Below, one piece after another: positions 37,964 through 50,422 of a DNA stretch of 64,000 nucleotides. This stretch comes from Malacoraja senta (Eukaryota), in the NCBI GenBank assembly GCA_038087875.1, contig CM075995.1:558001-622000 (forward strand), written 5' to 3'. The translations under genes and the position numbers were made by a program. Below the pieces are notes generated by a model. That model was given only the letters and a program-made list of their open reading frames with translations, was not told the DNA's origin and ran no database searches. How positions within the stretch are numbered: the first letter of the stretch is position 1; every line of letters starts with the position of its first letter.

Positions 37964-38838
37964 TGTCCAAATTGGAATTGCTTTAATTTGCTTTACATCT
38001 AAGTATTATGGTCCAAATTTTGTTTGTTTCTTTAATTGCAACTAGTATGGTCCTTGTGTCCTCCAGCACACTGCTATGACAATAAGGGGTTGGAAATGAA
38101 GCAGTTCAAAAGGGGGGGGGGGGGGGGGAAAGCATCCAGAAGAGGTGAATAAACGATTAATACATCGATCTGAGGTTAGTAATTTTGAATTCTACAGATT
38201 GGAATGTTGCAATGTTTAAAAACAATATTTATTCATTAAGAGCCATGAAATGAACACGCAGAATCAAACATTTTGCTTTGATCAAATCTCATGCAGAATT
38301 TGTCGAAAATGAATGTTTCAGTGTAAAATATAACATTTAGCTCTCACATTAAATGGTTGCTTTTGCATCAGAATCTGTTTTTATTAATACTGCCAGGCTA
38401 TTTAAATTTGTATTACCGGGTACATTTAAATACAAGGAATTAACTTGCATTTGCAATCTATGACCATCTCCACAAGCATCTGGATTCACGAATGGGAGTG
38501 CCTTTCCCCATGCCCCCACTTCATCTGTCTTTTTTCATTATCCTTAACCTCAAGATCGGAGATAACCCACACAGGTCACAGGGAGAACGTGCAAACTCCG
38601 TTCAGACAGCACCCGTAGTCAGGATCGAACCCGGGTCTGGTGCTGTAAGGCAGCAACGCCACCGTGCTGTCCAAATTGGAATTGCTTTAATTTTCTTTAC
38701 ATATTAGTATTATGGTCCAAATTTAATTTGTTTTTAAATTGCAGCTGGTGTGGACCAACACACTGGCTATGACAATAGGGGTTGGAAATATATCAGTTCC
38801 AAAAGGAAAAAAACACATCCAGTGAATAAACAATGAAT
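37870..38838. repeat. Diverged local direct duplication (about 290 nt; 37870-38160 and 38552-38838)
   Basis: Both copies share the SINE head and the unique flank gctgtccaaattggaattgctttaattt...gtgaataaac. Confidence 0.8.
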
Positions 38839-39039
38839 CATCAATTGCCATTAGCTAAATTAATAAATTAATCCACTTTTGGTTCCCGACTAACCTATTT
38901 TCTCTCTCCCATTTCATGCTCCTCGCTGTTGGAAATGTAACTGCAGGCAGCATTTATGGACTGTGTAACATTGAGTTAATGTAATAATTTCAGCTGAATA
39001 ATAAACACTTTTAACTATATGCAAGCAGTGAGTTGTACA

Positions 39040-39345
39040 TTAGTTTAGTGTAGAGATACAGCGCGGAAACAGGCCCTCCGGCCCACAGAGTCCGTGCCGA
39101 CCAGTGATTCCCGCACAGTAACACTATCCTACACCTTAGTGACAATTTACAATTATACCAAGCCAATTAACCTACAAACCTCTACGTCTTTGGAGTGTGG
39201 GAGGAAACCGGACACCCGGAGAAAACCCACGCAGGTCACGGGGAGAATATACAAACTCCGTACAGACAGCACCCCTAGTCAGGATCGAACCCAGGTGTCT
39301 GGCGCTGTAAGGCAGCAACTCTACCGCTGCTCCAACATGCCACCA
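39040..39345 (-). mobile_element. HE1/V-SINE-like SINE, near full length
   Basis: gtggc..gcagcggtagag head, gggttcgatcc B-box, core, tail. Confidence 0.85.
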
Positions 39346-39758
39346 CTTTGCAGTATAGTACGAATCTTCCCACATATTACACTCCTGCTGAAGCCAAGGA
39401 AGGTTGTTAATACTGAACCTTCAAACCTGGATCAAGAATCCTCATTTAACAGGCAGCCAAAATGATTTTCACCACCAGAAAAGTTGGATTACACAATTAA
39501 GCTAAATCTAGATATTTTTTGATTTGGATAAAGAATATTGAAGACTTGTGCCAGGTGGCTGCACTGTAAATCTTGTTCTAATCGAATGGAGCAATTCCTC
39601 ATCCTGAGAGGTGAGCTCAGAGAATTAGTTAGGTACTTTTACATTTGGACGGGTATATGGATAGGAAAGGTTTAGAGGGATGCAGGCCAAATGTGGGCAG
39701 GTGGGGCTAGTGTAGATGGGACAACATTGTCAGCATGGATAAGTTGGATCATAGGATT

Positions 39759-39985
39759 GACACAAAATACTGGAGTAACTCAGCGGGTCAGACAGCATCT
39801 CTGGAGAAAAGGAATAGGTGACGTTTCGGGTCGAGACCCTTCTTCAGATTGCAGTCTGAAGAAAGGTCTCGACCCGAAATGTTACCTATTCCTTTTCTCC
39901 AGAGATGCTGTCTGACCCGCTGTGCAAGTCCAGCTTTTTGTGTCTACCTTTGGTTTAAACCAGCATCTGCAATTCCTTCCCACAC
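39759..39985. mobile_element. Palindromic non-autonomous Penelope-derived element (two inverted tails of about 90 nt)
   Basis: 39759-39848 is the near reverse complement of 39855-39944; the same unit ends the GIY-YIG fragments. Confidence 0.85.
39820..39847 (-). ncRNA. Putative minimal type I hammerhead ribozyme core (CUGAAGA-A-GGGUCUCGACCC-GAAA-CG-UC)
   Basis: All conserved core boxes present, with a GGGU/ACCC helix II; helix I is very short; activity untested. Confidence 0.55.
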
Positions 39986-40457
39986 AGTTGAGTCACAGGG
40001 CCTGTTTCCTTACTGCATGTTCCTGCTATTTCAAAGTGTACCTCCATGCCTGGATACAAAGCTATGAACAGGACCCACTCACTTCACGAGGTATTTCTCA
40101 ATCCACTTTACTGTCTGAAGGAAATTGTGTGACTTAATAAACATAAAGCAGTTTTGTAACACCAAAACCAAATGACAATGGGATTTCAAAACTAATGACA
40201 AGGGGCACCTTCAGTAACCTAATCTCAAATATCACTTGTTCTCTATTGTGCTGCATCAAAAATTTAATTGAACTTAAACCAAATAATGACATTCCAAAGT
40301 ACAATGTCTTGCTTTCCACAAGCAGTATTTAAACTTTAGACAGTGCTCTTCTCATTTGCTTTAGTCAAACCTTGATACACTAAATAAACAAGTTGAAAAC
40401 GGATGAACCATAGGCTTGAAAAAGATCAAGGGACAAATATACCTTGAGATGTCAAAG

Positions 40458-40738
40458 ACAGCACAGCTGTAGAGTTGTTCAGCGCCTGGGACCCAGGTTC
40501 GATCCAGACTACGGGTGCTGTCTGTACGGAGTTTGTACGTTCTCCCCATGAGTTTTCTCCGAGATCTTCGGTTTCCTCCCAGACTCCAAAGACATACAAG
40601 TATGTAGGTAAATTGGCTTGGTATAAGTGTAAATTGTCCCTAGTGTGTAGGATAGTGTTAATGTGCGGGGATCGCTGGTCGGTGAGGATTCGATGGGCCG
40701 AAGGGCCTGCTTCCTCTTAATGTATCTCTAAAAACTAA
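40458..40738 (+). mobile_element. HE1/V-SINE-like SINE
   Basis: Same family structure. Confidence 0.8.
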
Positions 40739-41136
40739 AGTTCTTGTTGACATGTCCCACTGTTGGCACCTCGGGAAAGTTCAGCCTCTTACGTACAGTA
40801 CAGAAATAGTGACCCATCACACCTGTGGCAGCTGCTTGAAACGGTGTTAATTGAGGAAGAGGAATAGATTGGGTAGATGCACAGAGTTGCTTACCCAGAG
40901 TAGGTGAATCGAGGACATAAGTTTAAGGTGAAGAGGAAGAGTGAATAGGAGTGGTGGGTGTATGGAACAAGCTGCCAGAAGAGGTGGACGAGGCAGGGAC
41001 TACCCCAACATTTAAGAAACAGACAGGTACATGGATAGGGCAGGTTTAAAGGGATATGGACTAGTGTAGCTGGGACATGTTGGCCGGTTTGGGCAAGTTT
41101 GGCAGACGGGCGTTTCCACACTGTATCACTCAATAA

Positions 41137-41408
41137 TTTAGTTTAGATCCACACAGCCCACCGAGTCCACAACGACCAGCGATCCCTGCACATTAACACT
41201 GTCTGACACACTTGGGACAATTTTACATTTATACCAAGCCAATCAGCCTACAAACGTGTACGTTTTTGGAGTATGGGAGAAACCGAAGATCTGGGAGAAA
41301 ACCCACGCGGTCACAGGGAGAACGTGCAAACACCACACCGTCAGCACCCGAGGTCAGGATCAAACCCGGGTCTCTGCAGGCAGCAGCTTTACCAGTTGCA
41401 CCACCGTG
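41137..41408 (-). mobile_element. HE1/V-SINE-like SINE
   Basis: Same family structure. Confidence 0.75.
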
Positions 41409-41917
41409 ACACTGAGCTTTAAGCAGAACGTGGCCTGTATTTATAACAATCTATCTAGTTGTCAACATTCAGGTTTGATGTGTCTATTTAAACCACCACA
41501 GTACAGCATTTTCAGGTATTTCTCGGTTTTCCCCCCTTATTCAGCATTATCTGTTGATGCTCGTGGAAATATTAAGCAACCCGGTAATTCAAACACGTAC
41601 ATTATCCAGATGAACAATTCATACACTGTGCTAAAATTGCCTGATTAAGTGATAAGATGGTTGAATCCAGCAAAAGGTGTCTAAATTATAGATCCAGGTA
41701 AGGTCAGGAATGAAGGTGGGATGGGTTTGCACGAATAATCTCTTTTAACAAAGTCAAATGAAATTGCTGGCAAGATCACACAATTTTAACTATGTCACAA
41801 CCACTAACAATGACTGTACTTGTATGAGACAGCTCCTTGCTGCAGAATCAACACTTATGCTGTCAACTCTTTAAGTGGCATTTTGAAAACAGAAATCTGG
41901 AGAGCATCTAAAATGAA

Positions 41918-42340
41918 TTTGGCTTGTACTCGCTAGAATTTAGAAGATTGAGGGGGGATCTTATAGAAACTTACAAAATTCTTAAGGGGTTGGACAGGCT
42001 AGATGCAGGAAGATTGTTCCCGATGTTGGGGAAGTCCAGAACAAGGGGTCACAGTTTAAGGATAAAGGGGAAATCCTTTAGGACCGAGATGACAAAAACA
42101 TTTTTCACACAGAGTGGTGAATCTGGAACTCTCTTCCACAGCAAGTAGTTGAGGCCAGTTCATTGGCTATATTTAATCGGGAGTTAGATGTGGCCCTTGT
42201 GGCTAAAGGGATCAGGGGGTATGGAGAGAAGGCAGGTACAGGATACTGAGTTGGATGATCAGCCATGATCATATTGAATGGGGGTGCAGGCTCGAAGGGC
42301 CAAATGGCCTACTCCTGCACCTATTTTCTATGTTTCTATG
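41918..42340 (+). mobile_element. CR1 3' fragment
   Basis: YSLEFRRLRGDLIETYKILKG...SRTRGHSLRI; tail ending ttttctatgtttctatg. Confidence 0.85.
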
Positions 42341-42774
42341 AATTGGACAAGTTATTTGTCACTTGCTGAACACCAGTAATATTGACCTACAATGAAGACT
42401 GCAAATATTCAGATCTTGCCCCAAACAAAATCTTGTAACTGGGTCACAAGTAATAAGATCAGATATATCTTTGCACTTGCTTCTCGACACCACTTACAAC
42501 TGGGACTTGAAAATGGCACCAAACTGGCGACTGTACACTGGAGACACTAAATTACTGAACTGTATACAGAAATGAATTTCACTGCACCTCGGTACGTGAC
42601 AAATAAAAGTATCATATCATCGTAAAGAAATGTGGCGATGGAACAGGTACAACACAATATGCACATTATACAACACAATATACCACATTGATGGGATTTG
42701 GCTTGGTACTTGTGATAACAATTCCAACATGAAGGTTCCTCCACTTTGCAGTCCTGAGTTTCACCTTTACACCT

Positions 42775-42966
42775 TATGTGCAGAGACACAACATGCTGGA
42801 GTAGCTCAGCGGAACAGGCAGCAACTCTGGAGAAGGAATGTGTGATGTTTCAGGTTGAGACCCGAAATGTCACCCATTCCTTCTCTCCAGAGACGCTGCC
42901 TGTCCCGCTGGGTTACCCCAGCGTTCTGTGTCTGTCTTCGGTTTAAACCAGCATCTGCAGTTCCTT
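42775..42966. mobile_element. Palindromic Penelope-derived element
   Basis: Inverted arms centred at about 42858. Confidence 0.75.
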
Positions 42967-45411
42967 TGGCTCGAAGGGCCGAATGGCCTATTTCTCTATG
43001 TTTTTCCCCACAAAGAATATCTGCAAGTTGATGAAACATCTGCTAACTCACTGCCAGGTTTAACATTTGACTAAATAAAAAGTTAATATCTCCCTATCGC
43101 CAAAACGGAGGAGCACAAAACATCCCGACACAAGGACCTACAGATGCTGGAATGAATATCGAATGGAAATCGCTGAGTAACTACTCACAAAATTATGAAA
43201 ATAATTCAAAAATATGGAAAATTATAAAGGAAGATAAGAGGAAGTGAAATAATAAAGTCCACTTTTACAATATTTTTATGAGGACTACTAAATCCTCCAA
43301 GAAATACAGCTAACTTTTAGACATTACCTGCAACAATAAGCATTTACAAACAATTCCCATCATGACCCGTTCGAGGTTGGACAGGGTACAGTTAGCGGAC
43401 AAAATGTGTAGGAAGGAGCTGCAGATGCTGGTTTACACCGAAGATAGACACAAAATGCTGGAGTAACTCAGCGGGACAGGCAGCATCTCTGGATAGAAGG
43501 AACGTGTGACGTTTCGGGTCGTGATCCTTGTTCAGTTAGGATTAGGCCTCTGCACGATTGTTGCGCCATGGACTGTGAGCATGATCACACCAAGTGCTGC
43601 ATTCAGCTTCACTGCACACCTACAGGCAATTTGCCACAAGCAGAGGTACATTTGCCAGGATGTGGCCATTATAGACTAGAGATGCAGCGCAGAAACAGGC
43701 CCTTCAATTCACCAAGTCCAGCGATCTCCCTGCACACTAACACTACCCCACACACTAGGGACAATTTACAATATTTTTTTAGCCAAAGCCACTTAACCTA
43801 CAAACCATGTAACAATTACAGCACGGAAACAGGCCATCTCGGCCCTTCTAGTCCGTGGCGAACACTTACTCTCACCTGGTCCCATCTACCTGCACTCAGA
43901 CCATGACCCTCCATTCCTTTCCCGTCCATATACCTATCCAATTTATTTTTAAATGATAAAAACGAACCTGCCTTCACCACTTCTACTGGAAGCTCATTCC
44001 ACACAGCTACCACTCTCTGAGTAAAGAAGTTCCCCCCTCATTTTGTCCCTATACAAACCTGTACAAAGGAACTGCAGATGCTGGTTTAAATTGAAGATCG
44101 ACACAAAAAGCTGGAGTAACACAGCGGGATAGGCAGCATCTCATTGTCTGTCCGCCTAACCTACAAACCTGTACGTCTTCGGAGTGCGGGAGAAAACCAG
44201 AACACCCGGAGAAAACCCGCGCGGGTCACAGGGAGAATGTACAAACTCCGTACAGACAGCACCCGTAGGCAGGATGGAACCCTGGTCTCTGACTCAGTAA
44301 GGAGGCAACTCTACTGCTGCGCCACCCATTTAAATGCTGACCGTTGCAAATAAGGAAAATGCTCCTTAAAAAAGCATGTTGTATCTTTTATAATTAAACA
44401 ATTTGCAATTATTTGGGGTTAAAATAAATCATAACAGGCAAAAAGAGTCAGGAAGAGTAAATTAGGTTGAACAGTGTAACGTAAATCACGAACGCAATAG
44501 ATCATGCACAATACAATAAGAACTCACTCATGTACATGTAAAATATCCAATTATAACATTTCCTTGAATAAATCATTAAATGCAATTAAATATTTTTTGC
44601 CAAAAAACATCTCATAATCCACGAAACTACTACTGAGCACGAGGATTTATCACTGTGAAACAGGACTAGTTTTAGAGGTATGTGACAATTTTCATATTCA
44701 TAAGGCATCTATGTCAACGCTTCATTTTTCTTTTCCCCAGATATTTTCCCCGGGGTAATTAGCAAAAACATTTTTCAAGATACAAAATGATTTCACGTAC
44801 AAACGCTCCAGGTATTTCAGGCGGGGGTGATAAGCATCAGAGTAGTGGTCCAAGTCTTGGTTTCAGAGGTTGATACCTGTAGTGGCAGAGCTAAAGACAG
44901 ACACAAAAAGCTGGAGTAACTCAGTGGGACAGGCAGCATCTCTGGAGAGATGGAATGGGTGACGTTTCGGGTCGAGGCGCTTCTTCAGACTCCCGAGCTG
45001 ATTCTCCCGTACACGCAGACATGCATTGAGGAAGGGTCTAAAATGAAACAGAAACTGGCAATGGTGAAATAAATTCTGTGGAGCTTTATTAATTTTAAGT
45101 TGATATTAATAAATTGAGGCGATCCTTTCTTTCGATGATTTTGAGACAAATTGTGCAAATTTCTGATGTGGAGCGTGGGAGTCAATCATGACCCATGAAG
45201 GACCACAGTGTCAACCATCAAAACAGATTAATTCCCAAGTCATTTCTGGAATGTCATGACGTTGGCAGGTAAGTGTGTTCATTCTCAACCCAGCCTTTCC
45301 CAAGATCCTCGAGTGCAGTCGGGAAAGGGTATTTTCTTCTTCCCCCATCTTCTGAACTAGGCAGATCCACAGCAGTGGCTTGAGAAAAGTTACAAGTCTT
45401 CGGAGGTGTTC

Positions 45412-45556
45412 TCATCTCGCACCGTGTCTCTTGACAACAATCGTCCCGGCTACAATGTCATAGGCCGTGCGATTATGTTGAAAGAACAGCAACGTAACAA
45501 AGGCCGGGAAAAAGAAGGCAATTGAAAAATTCTTGATCAATGCTCGTATGGCAGAC
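45412..45556 (-). CDS. FAM8A1: FAM8A1 terminal coding exon (SAIRALIKNFSIAFFFPAFVTLLFFQHNRTAYDIVAGTIVVKRHGAR*)
   Basis: RALIKNFSIA...QHNRTAYDIVAGTIVV; TGA at 45414-45412. Confidence 0.96.
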
Positions 45557-46799
45557 CTGTTGCGAGCAAGGAATAAAGAGACTTTATTAAAGCCATATAG
45601 TCATACAGCGTGGAAACAGCCCACAACTTGCCCACACCAACCAACATGTCCCATTACATACAAGATATAAAGAGACACTTTATTAGTCATACAGCGTGGA
45701 AATAAGCCCTTCGGCCCAACTTTGCCCACACCAACCAACATGCCGGGTCATCTTTTAAAAATAGGCTTCCCTATCCCTTGCATGTTTTTTAAAAACACTG
45801 ATGCAAGTACTTAATCATTTCTGGTGCAGCTGCATTTACTGACAATCGCTGCTTTCGTTCATGAAAGAAAGATGGATGTTGCAGTGCAGAAAGTGTTACA
45901 GGAGTGTCTCGCTCAATTTATTACTCGTCACTTAATTATACCCCATTGTCCTCACCGTGAGCCTATGTTATTTGACTCAAATACTTCGAGTCAGCATGAC
46001 TTTGTATTCAGACTAACGCTTGGATAATTGTCTACTGTAACAATACCAGATGTTATTAAGCAACGTCTTGAATACGTACTATGCTTACATTGTGCCGCTG
46101 CTAGTAAGAATCTCATTATTCTATCTGGGACAGTTGGCGATAAAACGCCCTTGAGACAAAAGGATGACAGATAGGGAGAGTGAAATGAGGAGCTGAAAGG
46201 AGGGACATGGGTAGAAGGAAGAGGGGGAGAGAAGAGAAATGGGGACTCAGGAATTGGGAAAGGGAGTACAAAGGAGGGAAAAGGTGCAGGGTGTTGGGGA
46301 GGTGGATCTGGGAAAGGTCAGGACAAGTGTGTGCACACCGATGTGGGATTAGCTGTAATCGGAGAATTCAATGTTATACCATTGGGCTGAACAAGCTACA
46401 TACATAAGCAGAATACAAGGTGCTGTGTCTCTAGTTTGTGTGGGGCCTCACCCTAGCAATGGAGGAGGCCCAGGACTGTACGGGAACGTGACGAACGTGT
46501 TAAAATGGTTAGCAACTGGGAGATCCAGCATAGGACAAGTGTTCAGCGGATAAGAACCCCCTAGAATGCGCACGATCTCACCGGCGTAAAGGAGGCCACA
46601 TCGGGAGCACTGAATGCTGTAGATGTTGGAAATGGTGCATATGAAACTCTGTCTAACCTAGAATGGCTGCTGGGTTCCCGGGATAAAAGCAGAGGAGCAT
46701 AGGGACAGGTACAGGCCCTTTGAATGAATGAATGAATGAATATGTTTATTGGCCAAGTATTCACATACAAGGAATTTGCCTTGATGCTCAATGTCTGCA

Positions 46800-47280
46800 C
46801 TGCAGCGTAGGTTTACAAGGTTAATTCCCGGGATGGCGGGACTGTCATATGCTGAGAGAGGAGCAGCTGGGCTTGTACACTCTGGAGTTTAGAAGGATGA
46901 GAGGTGATCTCATTGAAACATATAAGATTGTTAAGGGTTTGGCCTAGCTAGAGGCAGGAAACATGTTCCCGATGTTGGGGGAGTCCACAACCAGGGGCCA
47001 CAGTTTAAGAATAAGCCATTTAGAACGGAGACGAGGAAACACTTTTTCTCACAGAGAGTGGTAAGTCTGTGGAATTCTCTGCCTCAGAGGGCGGTGGAGG
47101 CAGGTTCTCTGGATGCTTTCAAGAGAGAGCTAGTTAGGGCTCTTAAAAATAGCGCAGTTAGGGGATATGGGGAGAAGGCAGGAACGGGATACTGATTGGG
47201 GATGATCAGCCATGATCATATAGAATGCCGGTGCTGGCTCGAAGGGCCGAATGGCCTACTCCTGCTCCTATTGTCTATTG
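46800..47280 (+). mobile_element. CR1 3' fragment
   Basis: Near-identical to 24999-25455. Confidence 0.85.
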
Positions 47281-47586
47281 AACGTAAACTAAACTCATCT
47301 GCCGTAACATGTTCCATACCCCTCCATTCCCTGCACATCCATGTGCCTATTAAAAGCCTCTTAACCACCACTATCGTAACTGCCTCCATCACAACCCCTG
47401 GCAGCACGTTCCAGGCACCTACCGCTGTGTAACAAAAACAACTTGCCCCCACACATCTCCTTTAAACTTTGCCTCTCACCTTAAAGCTACGCTCTCTAGT
47501 CTTTGACATTTACACCCTGGGGAAAAAGCTTCTGCCTACCCATCAATACTGTGCTGATTCTGACTGCTTAGCCCACCTACAACTAT

Positions 47587-47892
47587 AGGGCCTGTCCCAC
47601 TGTACCAGGTAATTCAAGAGTTCTCCCGAGATTCCCCTGATTCGAACTTGGAGAATTACGGTAATAGCCGTTCGTCGGTACTCGGGGCTCTCGTGGACAT
47701 TTTTCACAGTGCTGGAAAAAAATTCACGAGTTACCGCGTTTCCCGAGTACCTGCCGTTAGCGTTACGAGCCGCTAACAGACGTCCCGAGCTCCGACGTAG
47801 CCGCTATGTACATTCTACGTACTTACCATGAGTTTGATTATTTTTAAACTCGGGAGAGCTCTTGAATTACCTCGTACAGTGGGACAGGCCCT
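47587..47892. mobile_element. MITE with 44-nt terminal inverted repeats (PIF/Harbinger-like)
   Basis: AGGGCCTGTCCCACTGTAC... at 47587-47630 versus 47849-47892, 2 mismatches; flanks tat / tta. Confidence 0.8.
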
Positions 47893-48049
47893 TTAGGTGC
47901 AAATGGGGGGAATTTGCATGCATCCTAAAACAATGGAGTAACCCAGCAGGTCGGGCAGCATCTCTGGAGGACATGGATAGGCGATATTTCAAGGTTGTGA
48001 GTCTTCTTCAGGCTGATTATAGTAGGAGGATTGAAGCAAACTGGAGGAT

Positions 48050-48805
48050 CTCGTATTCCCCTTGAGTGGCTAACAACCCAACAGTATGAACATTGAGTTG
48101 TTCCATTTTAAGTAACTAATCTCCTACACCCCCACCCCCCTTCCAACCACCTCTCCCCTGTGCCCCACTATCTCGCATTTCTTTCCCCTTCCACCTACAT
48201 CCCTTCCTGTGGCTTTGCATCTCACTGCTCATCTCTCCGTATCTAACAGATTTTTATCTTCTCTTCACTGGGTGGTGCAGCGGTAGAGTTGCTGCCTTAC
48301 AGCGCCAGAGGCTCGGGTTCGATCCTGACTGCGGGTGCTGCCTTTACGGAGTTTGTACCTTCTCCCTGTGACTATGGGTTTTCCCTGGGTGCCCCGGTTT
48401 CCTCCCAACATACCAGAGACGTGCAAGTTTGTAGGTTAATTTAGCTTTGGTAAAACTGTACATTGTCCTTAGTGTGTACGAAAGTGCTGGTGTACAGGGA
48501 TCCCAGCAGGTCAGTGCAGACTCCATGGGTCGAAGGGCCTGTTTCCGCGTGGTATCTCTAAACTAAACTCTGGCCTTTGTCAATCCATCTGCCCAACAAA
48601 ACCTCCTTGTATCCACTTATCACTTGCCAGACTTTGGCCTCGCCTCTCTTCCAGCTTTTCCACCCCTGCCTCACCCCCCACTACAATCAGTCTGAAGAAG
48701 GATCCCAACACACAATGTTGCCTAACCATGTCCTCCCGAGACGCTGCCTGGCCCACTGAGTTATTTAGGTGTTTATGTAAGATTCCAGCATCTGCCATTC
48801 CTTGT
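48050..48805 (+). mobile_element. Penelope-like 3' end interrupted by a SINE (48270-48568)
   Basis: End of GIY-YIG (atgaacattgag), pyrimidine-rich spacer, tail with ctgaagaagg. Confidence 0.65.
48270..48568 (+). mobile_element. HE1/V-SINE-like SINE
   Basis: ggtggtgcagcggtagag head, gggttcgatcc B-box, tail ctaaactaaac. Confidence 0.85.
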
Positions 48806-48827
48806 GCCTGCATGGGACAGTGTGGTT

Positions 48828-48831
<4 letters not shown>

Positions 48832-48880
<49 letters not shown>
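48832..48880. repeat. (GT)n microsatellite
   Basis: Direct reading. Confidence 0.95.
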
Positions 48881-48883
<3 letters not shown>

Positions 48884-49414
48884 TATAAAACCATGTGTCA
48901 GACTGCAGCTTTTTTGTTTAACAAGACAGAATTGCAGCTTTTTTGTTTAACAAGAATCATGTAGCACAGACACAGGCACAGTTTGAAGAAGGGTCTCGAC
49001 CCGAAACGTCACCCATTCCTTCTCCCCAGAGATGCTGCCTGTCCCGCTGAGTTACTCCAGCATTTTGTGTCCAACTTCAGCACAACCTATCCATGCCAAC
49101 CAAGTTGTAGAAGATGTAGCCCATTTGGACAGGTACACTGATCGGAAGCGTTGAGAGGGATATGGGCCAAATGCAGGTACGTGGGACTATTGGATACCAG
49201 CAAGTACATAAATCGTAAGACAGAATTATGCAATTTGGCCAATCAAGTCTACTCCACCATTCAATCGTGGCTGATCTATCTTTCCCTCTCAACCCCATTC
49301 TCCTGCCTTCTCCCCATAACCCTTACCAATCACGAATCTATCAATCTCCAGCTTTAAAATATCTATTGACTTGGCCTCCGGTTGGCCCCAAGTGGGCCAA
49401 AGAACTTACTTCCA

Positions 49415-50008
49415 TGTGTAAGAAAGAACTGCAGATGCTGGTTTAAATCGAAGGTAGACACAAAATGCTGGAGTAACTCAACAGGTGAGGCAGCATCTCT
49501 GGAGAGAAGGGATGGGCGACGTTTCGGGTCGCCGATACTTTCCAGTACATCGGCGATGTACATCGGCAAGACCAAGCGCAGGCTCGGCCATCGTTTCGCT
49601 GAACACCTCCACTCAGTCCATCCTAACCTACTTGATCTCCCGGTGGCTAAACACTTCAACTCTCCCTCCCATTCCCAATCTGACCTTTCAGTCCTGGCCC
49701 TCCTCCATTGTCAGAGTGAGGCCCAAAACAAATTAGAGGAACAGCACCTCATATTTCGCTTGGGTAGTTTACACCCCAGCGGTATGAACATTGACTTCTC
49801 TAACTTCAGATAGTCCTCGCTTTCTCTCTCCATCCCCTCCCCCTGCTCCCACCAGCCTTACTGTCTCCGACTACATTCTATCTTTGTCCCGCCCCCTCCC
49901 TTTACATCAGCCTGAAGAAGGGTCTCGACCCTAAACGTCGCCCATTCCTTCTCTGCAGAGATGCTGCCTCACCCCGCTGAGTTACTCCAGCATTTTGTGT
50001 CTACCTTC
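49415..50008 (+). mobile_element. Penelope-like 3' end (GIY-YIG endonuclease + tail) with an inverted tail copy at its 5' end
   Basis: YIGKTKRRLGHRFAEH...PVAKHFN...LEEQHLIFRLGSL.PSGMN; tail 49415-49530 inverted. Confidence 0.88.
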
Positions 50009-50176
50009 GAGCTTACTGCCATGCTGTATGGCGATAACACTAGCCTGTGCTTGGCCTCTCTCTCTCTCCAAACCGTCCCATCCATGTAACTCTCCAGGTG
50101 ACTTCACACCGTACTTGTCCACGCCTCTGCCATGTCCTCTGGCAGCTCGTCCCACTACAACGCGGTGGTTACTTAC

Positions 50177-50316
50177 GCTGAGATGCTGACGTTTTGTGCT
50201 GGGACCACCAGCACACGATTCGGAGCAACCAACACTGAGCTGTCACAGGAAACGACTCGTAACCCCAGCAGAAACTTGCCAGGCGTGGCTCCGCCAACTC
50301 CCCACAGGCAGACGAT
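50177..50316 (-). CDS. FAM8A1: FAM8A1 coding exon 4 (IVCLWGVGGATPGKFLLGLRVVSCDSSVLVAPNRVLVVPAQNVSIS)
   Basis: GATPGKFLLGLRVV RDD-family motif; 140 nt; TAG acceptor and GTAAGT donor. Confidence 0.96.
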
Positions 50317-50422
50317 CTAATGGAGAAGTCCACAAAACTGAAGTTACCCAGAACGGATTTTACAAACAACTCAACCCTTACGACCAAGGTTATAAAATCT
50401 CTTATTCCAAGGGACCACTGAC

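Noticed and set aside
48270-48345. tRNA genes at SINE heads
   Set aside because: The A/B boxes continue into the SINE core and LINE-like tail in many diverged copies; no convincing cloverleaf
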